DNA of 64,000 nucleotides from Takakia lepidozioides. Taxonomy: Eukaryota > Plantae > Bryophyta. The stretch covers positions 36,084,001-36,148,000 of the forward strand of contig CM060734.1 in NCBI GenBank assembly GCA_030704615.1, written 5' to 3'. Positions 51,301 through 63,137 of this stretch are shown here, one piece after another; the first letter of the stretch is position 1; every line of letters starts with the position of its first letter. The translations under genes were made by a program, and so were the position numbers. Under the pieces are notes generated by a model, which saw only the letters and a list, made by a program, of their open reading frames with translations, did not search any database and had not been told where the DNA came from.

Positions 51301-51789
51301 CGTGGTCTGGGATAGAGCCTCCGTAACTGAAGAGTTTCCATCAAAATCTAGCATAGGTATCTCTTTTGTTGGCAAAGAACCTCCAATTGAAACTTCAGGA
51401 GATGTCCTGCCAGCCTGATGATCTACCAAGTAGCTGCCGGTATTCCCACGACCGCCATGGTTTCGGACTGGAGGGATTGTAAGAGGGGCGAGGAAAGGAA
51501 GGGAAGGGGGGGAAGAGAAAGAGGAGAGAATATGAGACGGGGAGAGAATTGGAGGATAACAGGAGATGGTTCCCAGAGGAGCCCATGTGGATCCATCAAA
51601 CTTTCCTCTTTTTGCTGGGGGAGAGTCTATCCTCGGAAGGGACGCTGCAGTCATGAATGGAGATGGAGTGGGATCAGGAGATGTAGGTGGTGAGCTGTAC
51701 TCAGAGGTTGCTTTTGTATAGGCTTGTGTAAAAGAGGCATCTAATGGGGGCTCTATTTTTGAGGCCAACAACTCTCCAGTTTCTTCCAT
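45364..51789 (-). CDS. Myb/SANT-like + Crinkler-type REase-like + protein kinase multidomain protein (as recalled, the Arabidopsis AT5G51800 type)
   Basis: Exon 51789-50700 ends LRKGKYVSPVWKAREMLWLAKAWR. Exon 50366-49929 has KWDNMLGEFRKVHEWE...KSYFKLSAYERKCYRLPASFDDEVY. ~49457-49050 has IGKVKMVWDESFQLW...FEEGPLRGFS. ~47530-46940 has ESFIGLWDDCINR...RPNVTG...CVWRGEE...WTYGDLPYILGYHA. A further exon lies at ~46700-46365. Kinase motifs HRDIRWANV, IDFED and HAPE...VDIWAIG end at the stop at 45364. Small exons between 47550 and 49050 are unresolved. Confidence 0.88.
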
Positions 51790-52542
51790 CTTCTTTGATT
51801 TGACTGTGCCAGCCAGTAGCAAAGGCTCGAATCGTTTCTGTCGGAGGATTGCCTTAGCCTTCAGTCTATCACTTCTGGAAACCCCAGTTTCAGAGATGAT
51901 GCATGAATGAAGGATGCTCCTTGAGTTATGGTTATTTCTGAGCGACGTCACTCTTGCAGGTTGTGTTCAGAAAGAATCAAACTTGCTGATTGAGCACTGG
52001 ATGCATCGGTCTCTTATGAAAGCAGGTGGCTCGGTGCTCCCTGTGATTGCCTACTAATTCTCAGAATCTGCACAAGGTCTTGTCACACTCGAAGACAAGT
52101 TTGATGTGTGACAGATATTGTCTCCATCGTCTGGATTGGTTTATATCAACAAAAGCCATGAGAAAGAAGAGGGAAGAAAGAGTGACAAGAGAAGAGGCAG
52201 CAGGCAGGAGAGTAACAAGACCAGCGGGGTGGCAGCGTTGGCTCAACTGAAGGGGCCAAGAAACATTGTCTTGTAACAGAAACCCAAGTCAGAGATCAGC
52301 CACCTCTCTCCCTCCCACAACAGGACCTCTGCATTCGGTTGGCGCTGTGCAGTCTGTTGGGTGGGTTCTTGCCTTGCAGGCAACCGCCCCCCAAACCAGA
52401 CTTGATGACTGACTCGGCTCCTTCAACACAAATTAACTGAAAAACAACCATTCATTTTGTTTATTTATTTGTTTTTATGAAAAAGAAAAACCACAAAAAA
52501 ATTATCCTCTCACTATCAAGGGCCCTAAAAAAAAGGGGGGGG

Positions 52543-53105
52543 GGCCTGATTTGTGAGCTGTCGCTCCCAGGTGTTTCCCTTTCGCCCAAAAATAAAAAAT
52601 AAAATAAAAAAGAAGAACAACCACTATGAGACGCCCTGTCCGAAATGGAAGATAATAGAAATGCGAAGTAGATGGCCAACGCCTTTATTAAAAAAGAAAA
52701 AGAAAAAGAAAAAGAAATGAGATGGTACACCGGTTTCCGCATATCAAATCTTCCCCAGAATCTCTTGAAAGTTGAGAGTGACATGGAACTGAAGGAGTGT
52801 AAACTGTAAACTCCCATGGGGGGTACACTGGGTTACACGAGGGGGTGTGTAACTCCACTTGGGGTTACACAGAATGGCGTGTAACTCCACTCCGAGCACA
52901 TTGGGTTACGACGGGGTGTGTAACTCCACTTGGGGGTTACACAGAATGGAGGGTAACTCCACTTGGTGTACCTCACACTTGGTCTGAAAATTTGACTGTC
53001 CAAATTTGGTTAAGTATAAAATGTATTAACAAGAGTTACATGAGAGATCGGGGTTACGTAGGGTTACACCGATTGGGATACGGGGATCCGGGCTACACTA
53101 CATAG
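52543..53105. repeat. Non-autonomous repeat with internal ~33-bp tandem array (gtaactccacttgggggttacac)
   Basis: About 5 units at 52808-52970. The left end is shared with 16972-17045. Confidence 0.75.
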
Positions 53106-53204
53106 CCTCTCATCAGGAATCAAACCCAGAACCTCACCACCTGCACTGCAATCACCTTACTAACGCCACCCAACACAACATGAAACCCCTTCTTAAGTAT
53201 TTAA

Positions 53205-53639
53205 TAGTGAGACCAAGGTAAGAGGGGGTGGGGAGGATTTGACAGGGGTCCTGCTGGAGGAGCCCTGGCTGCCGGAATCCGGCGAAAGTACTGTCAAATG
53301 GCACGAGTGCATTACCTCATTCCTATTATCTTCCGTCTGAAATGCTCTTTTAGTTTATAGTTTTTGCTTTTGAATTTGTTTAAAAAAAATGAAAGGGATA
53401 CAATTGCTACTTCTAGGAGGGAACACAATAGCAATGATGAAAACGGCTCAATGTAAAAAATCTGATGCAATATCGAAATTATTATCGAAATTCAGATATA
53501 CCAATATGATTTAATACAAGAGATAATTGAAGTTACGTTCTGACGTTCTGACGGTGCTTCCACCAAAGTTCCGGTGAGTCCGCTCTACCGGCAAGGGCCC
53601 TGTGAAATCCTCTCCACCCCTCTCAACACCGTCTCACTA
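53205..53639. mobile_element. MITE with ~45-bp imperfect TIRs flanked by TTAA
   Basis: TTAA|TAGTGAGAC...agagggggtggggaggatttgacaggg on the left and ccctgtgaaatcctctccacccctctc...GTCTCACTA|TTAA on the right. Confidence 0.8.
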
Positions 53640-53858
53640 TTAACCCGTATAGGGCGACCACCCTTTTTGGTGGGGTGAAATTTTTCATCCCCAATCATCC
53701 ACAGGGATGAACCTTATATGTATGTGCATATCTAACCAGTGTTGTGCGTGTAAATACAATGATTCATAGCGATTTTGCTCGTGTCTGAAGGGCCCTCAAG
53801 AATTTGGACACACGGAATGTCGGACCCGGCATCCATATGTGATGTGGGAGAGAGGGCG

Positions 53859-55544
53859 ATGGAGGGAGAGCAGACCGAAATTGAAGGGCACGAGACTCAC
53901 AGTGATTCCAGAGCAGGGGTGCAATGGCCCACGGTGGATGGATCTCTGGGAGTGCACTCGGAGGAGGCTTTGAAGCTGGCTCGAAACTTTTATTACGCTG
54001 GATTCTTGCTTCTTCCAATGCTGTGGTTTGTCAATTGCTTCTACTTCTGGCCTGTCTTGCGACACCGAGAAGCGGAGCCTCTCATACGTCCTTGTATGGT
54101 TACTTTTCCCCTTGCTACTTGCTTATCGTCATTGCCTGTAACGAGTCCTAGGTTTTGTGGGTCGTTTACTTTTCAGGGTCAGCTCTTGTGGGCCTTGTAC
54201 TAACTTAGGTTGATTTTTCAAGTAGTACTTTTCGGAGGCCTTGAAGAATTGTTCCTGGAATTGTTTGGTGATAGTTTCTAGCCAGGGTCGAGTTTTGGGA
54301 AGATGGCAGTCCGCACTCGGACATCTGACTCAATTCCAGATTTGTTTGTAGACGCACAGTGCCTTTCCAGAGCTGCTTGGGTGGTATGTGTGTCGAGGAT
54401 TATGTCTTCATACACTTTTCTTCTGGATTCTTTCATGCAGTTCAGAAAATTTCTCATCCTAGATCATGCCGCAATCATGGCAGTCTGTGAGACCATATCT
54501 CGTTTCTCAACCATTCAGTCGGATCCCCCACCGTCTGGTACTTTTCAATAAAACCGCCACACCAGCAGTCCACACAGAAGTGCGACTCCAACCTAGAGTT
54601 TATGATGTTGGGTTGTATACTCAAATGTCTTTAGGGAGTGCATGTAACCAGCATTGCAGACAGGCATGTGGAGGAGGGGGGGGGGGTGGTGGGTGGGTAC
54701 AGCTTGAAAGAAACTCTCGCTTTTCCTACTCAATGTTGTAGGTTGGCTCATGTGCCTGGGAAAGGTGAATAACAGCGACAGCCGGTGTGGTGGAGGGTTG
54801 AGTGGGAGCAGATGTGGTGCGATCAGGGGTGGGATGCCTTCTCTTTTGTGCGGTCCTTCTCACCTGGGCCCTTACATTTTCTTTTGGTGGTGAGCACCTA
54901 TTTGGTTCTGCTTGGAAGCACATGGCTGTCTACGATGTGGCTGATAAATACGAAATGGTACTGTCCTTGTCCTCCCTGCAAATGTATTCTTTTGTGCATG
55001 GTGGGTGTTCTTATTCTCTTGATAAGCTCATACAATGGCATATCCCTTCTGTTTTGTTGACTTCTTTTGAACCCCTGTTACTACCCGCCTTGCAAATAGA
55101 AGGCTCTGTGTGGCTTCCTCAGAAACTGGGCCTATTTAACAGCACATCATGAAGTGGTTCTTGGATTGTTTTTCCATGTTGGCAGTTGTGCTACAAAGCC
55201 CTACATTGGTAGGTCTTTCCAAAGTGGGTGCATAGGGTTTGTAATTTGCTCCAGATGGCTTGCAAGGCTGTGTGTGGTTTCCTTAGGAACTGGGCATGGT
55301 CATCAGCCCATCATACTTGTACTGTTACTCAAGTTGTTTGCTCTCTATTGTTGACTTGCTGGAGGCTTATCGATTCCATTTTCATTGCAAGTGTGAGGTA
55401 AGGAAGGTTGTTTTTATTGAGTGGGTTGTACGTGTTACAACCATGTCATTTACAAAACCGGTGAAGACAGGTGATCATTTCTAAGGGAGGGTGATGACTT
55501 GATTGTTGGTACTGTGTCATCCCGGCTGGCAGGCCTTCCAGTGA
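53859..55544 (+). CDS. PEN2: Gamma-secretase subunit PEN-2 (presenilin enhancer 2)
   Basis: Exon 53859-54093: WPTVDGSLGVHSEEALKLARNFYYAGFLLLPMLWFVNCFYFWPVLR. Exon 54812-54957: YVVRSGVGCLLFCAVLLTWALTFSFGGEHLFGSAWKHMAVYDVADKY. The end is tentative: either a micro-exon 55533-55544 (AFQ*) or read-through to 55152. Confidence 0.9.
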
Positions 55545-57499
55545 GAACCGACTTTGCCATGGCAGATCCTAAATAGCAGTTGGCACAGTTGGCTCGGAAT
55601 GTTTACTCCATCCAGCTACATGTTTCACTGTTAAAATTCATTCAACTTTCGGGAGCGCTGTCAGTTGGGGCATGCTGGAGACTCTGAGACACCAAACTGA
55701 AACACTGTTCTAGAACAGCCATGTCCCTATATGCCACCAAATGTGCTCAGTTGGACAGTATTTTGACATGGACCACAAAGCAATCTGACCTCCAAAGTTG
55801 TGGCCTTTTCATGTCACATTCATTGCAAAATTGCAACGGTAACATTACTGAAGACCAGATGTGGTCACTGGTTGACTTTGATTTGTAGAGTCTCATGTGT
55901 TTGCCAAAGTAGTGGAACAAGCTTTCTTGGTTCCTATGTCACACCAATATTACTTTCAGTACTGATACTGCAGATCTGCCAATTCAAACTAGGTATAGTC
56001 AGATCGTGCAGGTATTGCAGTCCAAGAGTTTTGGATGGTTTCGCTTGCATGCATGTAGTGGAACTGATGTAAATAGTGATGTAACACCAGAGAATCTGTT
56101 CACTCTTTGCATATGGTCATCAAGCTGGATTCAATCTTTTGAACAATTTGTCATATGTGAGGGAGTTGGTATGCTTGCATGACTCTTGCCAAACCTGTTT
56201 CTCAATCTTTCTCAACATTCCAAACAGGAATTTGGTTGCAAACTAGGTCCAATCATTTTGGGCAAGCCATCTTGGAAACACTGTTGCACCCAAAATATGT
56301 CATTTTGATCAGTCAGGTAGTGATCAATGTGTTCAAGTGTGACTAGACTTTTGTGCAATGTTGCTTGAAATGAGGCCTCGTTTTTAAATGCTAAAAAAAT
56401 GCAACTGCCAATCACAAGATTGCTGACCAAGCAGAAGGATAGAGTCAAGCAGATTGTACATTGCGGGGGTTTTTGGGACGTTGTGCCTTCGCGATACCCT
56501 AAATAGCAGCAATTGGAGAGAGCTGCAGAGTATCTACTAACTGCTGGGAATTAATGCTGCACAGGAAATAATCTCTGCTCCAACTTACTCCTGTTTCTTT
56601 GTTTCCTCACTGGAGATGAGGGATCCAGTGTCATTGTAAGAGTCCTGAGTTTCCGGGTCCCTTAGATACTCAAGCACACCCTAGACATAATGGACACAGA
56701 CATGAGCACTCCCATGACCAACTTATACATATATCCAGACAAGGCGGATGTTCAGAATCTCTACTTGTGATCTTTACCTCTCATGCTGAAACTGCCAAAT
56801 CAAATGAAGCATGGATGCACATCGACACTACCAGTGAATGCAAGAACCCAAATTTACTCTGATCTCCAAGCTTCGATACAAGGAATGATGAACTTTCTCA
56901 TCCTCCAATATTGTTTCTGAATAATCCGCACGTTCAGAGAGTGGCTTGCCCCGTTGTCATCATTATAGTTCGCATACGCCAACACCTTTCGCCAGTTGAC
57001 AGCAGCCAAAGTTGGTACAAATACACACCTAGGATGAAGTTGAGCATGCTGAGGTGTAGTTTCTCAATCTCTTCATGTTGATGTCAAATCCCATGTGGAA
57101 AAATAGTCACTTCCACAGGTTTGAAATACTGTGACAGCTTAGAAGAAAAGAATGGTCAAACCCATCACAACACAGCAAACTGCCACCCATGGACTGAGTC
57201 GTTCACCTGCACACCAAGTATACAAATAGAAAATTGTCAACTCTGTTCCAGTATGCTGTGACAGCTCAAAAGTAAAGGATTGTCAAGGCCTAGAACCCAT
57301 GGGCTTTGTCAAACAACAAAGAACCACTTGTAGATCAACCACTCATAGCATATTAATGGATAACTGGTTACAACCTCAAAGAAGAGAATCTTGCTGCAGT
57401 ACAATACACTCAAGACATGATTGATTTGTCTAGGTACCACCTCATGCTAATCATTAACACATACAAGACCAGCGGCATACAGATGAGTAGGAAGTACCT

Positions 57500-58560
57500 A
57501 TCCGTGCTGCTTTCCAAAAAAAGCCCCGAAATCTGTCAAGCCCCAGATGTTTGTAAAAGTCAGATGTAGGATTATTCTCAGACTTGGCATAACAAAAGGT
57601 GCCCAGGGGAATGAGAGGGAGTCAGACAAGATGAAATATAAGGAACTAAAGTATGTAGGTAAATTGTACTCTAAGAAACAGCTCCTTGCGATGACAATTG
57701 GTAGTTTGGGTATTCAAAGATTGTACGACTCTACTTTGAAGCTTACAGGGATGATAATGCCATTAATTATCAACAAAGAGCTGTTCAGGCATCGGCCAAG
57801 AGTTCAATTCTTGTCCCTGTTACAACACTAAGTTTCTCCCAAAAGCTGGTCATTAAGTGCTCTATTGTGACGGCTGCTATGGCTGACAAAATATACAGAA
57901 AACCTCCAGAAAAAGTATCTCCAAACTTGTTGATCTGCTCGCGAACTTGACAAATTGATGATAGATATAGATCTTGTCACAGGCAATGACTCATAAAAAC
58001 AACAATAAGATTACCCGGTCTTCTGATTCAAGATGTTGGGGAAGTTGATTTTGATATATGTGCACGTGCAGATGACCAGTAACACCACTGTCAAAAATGA
58101 CTGAAAGTTGAATAAAGCCGACTGTCACCAATACCGTCATCCCACAAGGAATTGTCAGTGTCTTGTCAGCCCAGCACTTGAATTGGAGTAGGGAGCAAGA
58201 AACAAATTCATCAAGTGAGAGAATTCACTGGGCCTGCAACCATTGACCCTAACGCACACAACAGGTCACAAACTTTGGTTGGATTGTATAGGAGGTAGAA
58301 AATTCTGACCCTTGGAGTGAAGAGTGGAGAGATGAACTCAATAAGAGTGCCCGAACTTGCCTATGGGCCTTGAGGACGAAGTGTCATCTGGGAAAATAAT
58401 CTCCCAGAACAGAGCATGGGGTTTTTATGTTTCAGAATCTTAAGTGAGCCTGAAATTCATCTGAGACAATCCCAGGTTGAGTGAAAGTTCAACCAAGGAG
58501 CAGTGATTGACAGGATGACAGACGTCATGAGTTCACTGTTACTGTAATCCCATATTGCTT
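57500..58560 (-). mobile_element. Highly degenerate LINE RT remnant
   Basis: IIFPDDTS (~58400-58378) resembles the RT (Y/F)ADD motif, and NLPTYFSSL (~57665-57640) resembles the downstream LPxY motif. Many stops. Confidence 0.3.
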
Positions 58561-58601
58561 TCATTGCAAGCGAGAATAGGTCATACAAGAGTCCAAGCGC
58601 C

Positions 58602-59110
58602 TGTCAACCCCGATCAAGGCCATAAGCCTCTCTTCCAGTAGCGAAAGAGCATAGAAACGTATGGCTTCGAAGCAAGAAACTAAACTTCCAGCTACATACG
58701 CCTAGATTTTTTATCCCGCGCGCATAAGCTTCGAGGTTGATGAGACGATAAATTACATTATCCAGTGGAGAAGGGTGTCTATGCGTAGAGGAAAACCAAT
58801 AAATAGACAACAAAACATGAAGCATATCACATACACAACTGCTAACGATAACAGATCACTCCAGCGAGCGACAAACAACACAGCCAGAGAAAACGAAAAC
58901 GGAGGACGAAGCCCACCATGGTTTGAAATAACTGTACACATTCAGAGCTTCACGCTCTGCTCCCAAACCCCTCCAGCTTTCTCCCTCACTTTTGAGGACT
59001 GTCTGTCATCAGAGCCTCCCTCCCGGCGTCCGTCTCTTTCCTCGGAATCCTGCTCTCTTCACACTTCGAACTGCAGCCCTAAACTGACGTCCAAAACGTT
59101 CCGAATTGTT
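58602..59110 (-). repeat. Probable 3' LTR (5' edge and PPT damaged)
   Basis: Non-coding region downstream of integrase ending ...gatcggggttgaCA at 58602. It is separated from the integrase by a poly-T tract. Confidence 0.6.
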
Positions 59111-62100
59111 TTATAATTTTATAAAAAAAAAAAAAAACAGGGACGGAGCCTGTGAAGCCTGATTCGGGCGCTATGGGTTTGTTCAAAATATACAACACGG
59201 CGGTTATAATTCTTTGCCTGAGCAGCTTGAGCAAACACAATGTTAGATTTGGCAGTTTTCCTCAAACGACGTCTTCTAGCATCCATGGAAAGCAAAAAGA
59301 CTTCCCAATTTTCAGGCTCAGTAGCCGAGACCTGCAGCCCAGGAGATATGCAAAGGAGTTCTACATTTCCTATCATACAAAAGTTCAAAAGGTGAGATTT
59401 TGGTACTGGCATGGATAGAAGTCTTGTAGGCAAAGAGCAGAATAGACACAGCAATATCCCATTCATCAATGAGTGTCACATTCTGCTCGAGCATCTTGCA
59501 TATAGTTTTGTTAAATCGTTCTGTCAAACCATTGCATTGGGGATTGTAGGGAGCAGTAACGGCATGCCTTATGGTGAGATTAAACAAGACAATCTCCATA
59601 AGTTGGTTGCAGAACTCTGTACCTTGATCCGTGAGGATTTCCAGAGGGCAACCATGACGAAGAATCACCTTATCAAAGAAGAATTGCACCACCTCAGCAC
59701 TATCCTTAGTAACCACAGGTCGGAGCTCAACCCATTTTGTCAGGTAGTCCGTTGCAACCGCAAGGTATGCATGGCCCTTGGACGTGGATTTAAGGGGTCC
59801 GACTAGATCTAAGCCAACCCTGGCAAATGGTTCAGTCACCGGGATAGGCTGTAAAGGCAAGGGAGCTTCGGTTCTAGGTAGGATGGTTTTAGCATGATAG
59901 GGCATACACCTTGCAATGAAAGCTGAGACATCTTTAACTAAGCCTTTCCAGTGGTACTGCTCCTGTAATCTCTTGACAGTTTTAGCAACCCCCAAATGGC
60001 CAGCATAAGTAGAAGCATGGTATAATTCTAGCAAAGCAGGGACAACGGACCTAGAAGGGACTTCCACAGCAGAGGTACCTTCCAAAGCAGTGACTCTGAA
60101 CAATCTCCCTTCACTTTCCCAGTGGTTGGGTAAGTGATAGTTGACTTGCCTCATGAGCAGCTTGGATATGCCACTAAGGTGGGTGTCGGTTTTGCACCTA
60201 TGGAAAAGAGCATCGTATAAGGGATCACCATGCCTACATCAATCATGGCCCACAACAACAGGTTAGTGCAGGCGAGAAGAAAGTGGCAGCCCCCGTTCTC
60301 TTCCTTTCGGAATCCTGACTTCATTTTCAGTTGGCTGCCTATGAGGAGGCAAGCAAGCTGTAAGGCGCAGCTCAGTCCCTCGGTCAGGAAACAAACCAAG
60401 GTAGGCGCAAGGCAAGATGGGCAGTTCGAAGGTATGGAAAAGTACCAGACCAATCTGCAGGATACCAGACCAAAATTCATGCCAATACCAGGGGAGATTC
60501 AACCAACATCAAATTGTAGAAGATCCCAAGTGTCAAGCAAATCTGGAGGAACATAAAGGATAATCCAGCAAATGACACAAGGCATAGGGGTCAGAAACAG
60601 GCATAGTGGGTGAGGGAGAGCGTGCAGCAGAGGAGACTAGATCACTTAAAGTAGTGTAAGGTGCAGGGATTTTGGATTCTCCTCGAGTCAAAGCATCTGC
60701 ATTAACATTATCCTTCCCACGCTTGTAGGAGATGGTAAAGTCATAGCCTTGCAGAATAAGAGCCCACCTAACTAACCTGTCAGTGAGGTCACGAGGGTTT
60801 AGCAAGGCTTTTAAAAGTAAATGATCTGTTTCAATTGTAAAATGACAGCCATGTAAATATTGCCTAAAATATTTGATTCCAAAGATAACAGCAAGGCCTT
60901 CCTTATCAGTGATAGAGTAATTGCGCTCATGTTTATCAAGGCGGCGAGAGACATAGGCAATGGCATGCTCCTGACCATCTTGAATCTGGCTCAACACAAC
61001 AGAGATAGCTAGATCACTGGCATCAGTTTGCAAGAGAAATGACAAGGTAAAATCAGGATAGGCAAGCACAGAAGCAGAAGTGAGTGCAATTTTGAGCTTC
61101 TCAAATGCGGACGTTTCAGCAGTACCCTATACAAAACGAGCATCATTGGAACAAGCGAGTGAGGGGAGCAGCTAACTTGGTAAACTGAAAAATGAAGCGA
61201 CGATAGTAAGAACCCAAGCCTAATAAGGCTTTGACGCATGTTTTATCCCGAGGGGCTGGATAGTTCCACACAGCTTGGATCTTTGCAGGGTCAAGACTGA
61301 TGCCAGCAGCAGAAAGCAGATGGCCCAAGAAATGGAGTTGTTCCATACAAAAATCACATTTCTTGGCTTTAATCTTAAGTCTGGCTGCACGAAGTCTGCA
61401 CACAACCTATAAATCCAACAGATGAGCATCAAACGTGGTGGAGTAAATGTTGATATCATCAATATAAACTAAGGCACACTCCCAACGAAGGTTTCCTAAG
61501 ACTATGTCCATCAATCGCTGAAATGTAGCAGTAGCGTTGCAAAGGCCAAAAGGCATTGTTTCAAATTGGAAGAGGCCCATCCTGCAGGTGAAGGCAGTTT
61601 TCTCCTTAGCAGCAGCAGTTAAAGAAACTTGCCAAAAGCCAGAGGCTAAATCTAAGGAAGAGAAGATAGTGGCCCCATAAAGTTGATCAAGCGTTTCATT
61701 GATGCGTGGCAAAGGGTAAACATCCCGCTTGGTGATGGCATTTAAACGCCGAAAATCAACGCAAAAACGGGTGGAGCCATCCTTTTTACCTACCAAGACA
61801 ATGGGACTGGCCCAAGGGGATATGGAGGGGGTGACTATACCAGCATCAAGCATCTTTGTAATCTCATCCTGAATGACCTTGCGTTCACGGACACTCTCCC
61901 TGTAGGCATGTTGTTTGATAGGCTTACCATCCGTGATGATGTCATGATCCAGAAGGGTGGTGCGGCCCAAGTCATGAAGCCCTTGACTAAAGATATCGAG
62001 ATTGTCATGTAGAAACTGGTGCAGGCGATTAATCTGCTAGGGAGCAAGGTGATCACCCACCTTGATATCCTTTAATACTTGCTGGAAATGTTGCTCTACC

Positions 62101-62219
62101 TCAGGAGTAAGCAGGCTTTTGTCAGTGGAACCAGAGTGAGAGGCAAATGCCTGGAGTTGGTCCACAGGGGAGTCCACCAGCCCAATATCATGAAGACTGA
62201 GACCTTTCTGAACAGAGGT

Positions 62220-62513
62220 CAGTTCAAACAAAGGAGTAGCAGTGAGTCTAGCAAAGACCTGACCCCTATGTATACTGATGCTGATGTGTTTAGGATTAGC
62301 AAGCAGTAACCTGACTTCACCTTTGAAACCTCGGTCTAAAACCCCAGAAGCAATCAGACAGTGCTTTTGGATGGTAAGTTTCTTCCAGCCCTCAATCTCA
62401 AGGAAATGACCTGCAGGGCAAGCAAAAGCTAGACCTGTAGGTACTATTCGCTGAGAAAAAGCAGGGATGATGAAGTCAACAGGAGAACATAGCAAAAGGG
62501 AATTCTTTGCCAC
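62220..62513 (-). pseudogene. dUTPase-like domain in pol, between protease and RT
   Basis: LCSPVDFIIPAFSQRIVPTGLAFACPAGHFLEIEGWKKLTIQKHCLIASGVLDRGFKGEVRLLLANP...IHRGQVFARL follows the trimeric dUTPase pattern. It is in the same frame as protease and RT. Confidence 0.85.
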
Positions 62514-63137
62514 GGGCAGGGGAGGTCCAGACTTCTTATCTAGTGGAGGGAAATGCCATTAGTACAAGGTATCACCAAGTGGGTGGAACTGGCTGAACCT
62601 GGCCCAATTATAATGCAAACCCACCTGCTCCTTCATCTGCTCAGCTTGAAGCTTGAGACGAGAATAGTTGGCCATAGAGGTCCCAGCAGCAATGGTAACA
62701 TGGTTTAGATTCACCTTGTAAGGTTGCCTTTCACCATTGTGAAGACACATAATGTTATTCATGATGTCAATGCTAGCCTCTACACCCTTTATCCAATCCA
62801 GACCCAGCAAAACTTGTTCACCCATGGTGACAATGCAGGTCAGCAAGACAGTTTTCCCACTAATGTGGATAGGTAAGGTGACTAACCCAATAGGTTCATA
62901 AGCCGTGCCATCAGCTATGGTAACCACAAGGCCATGAGCAGAGCCAATCTTTAATCCAAGAATACGAACTGTAGTAAGTGGAATGGCAGACATGGTATAG
63001 CCCGTATCAATAACACATGGAAAGGAAAGGTGGCCCACATGGCATTGTGTCATCAATGGGTGGATACGGTCCCGTTTATAGGCTTCACAGTGCATGAGTT
63101 TGAAATCACGAGAAAGAACAGCACTTACCAGCGTGTT

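Noticed and set aside
53105-53180. tRNA gene (also the tRNA-like segments at 9655-9737 and 16805-16872)
   Set aside because: Only A/B-box remnants; no complete cloverleaf could be formed, so these are treated as SINE-derived.
59119-59320. Chromodomain or env gene after the gypsy integrase
   Set aside because: The integrase tail appears internally deleted (no GPY/F motif) and runs into a poly-T tract; no such domain is visible.
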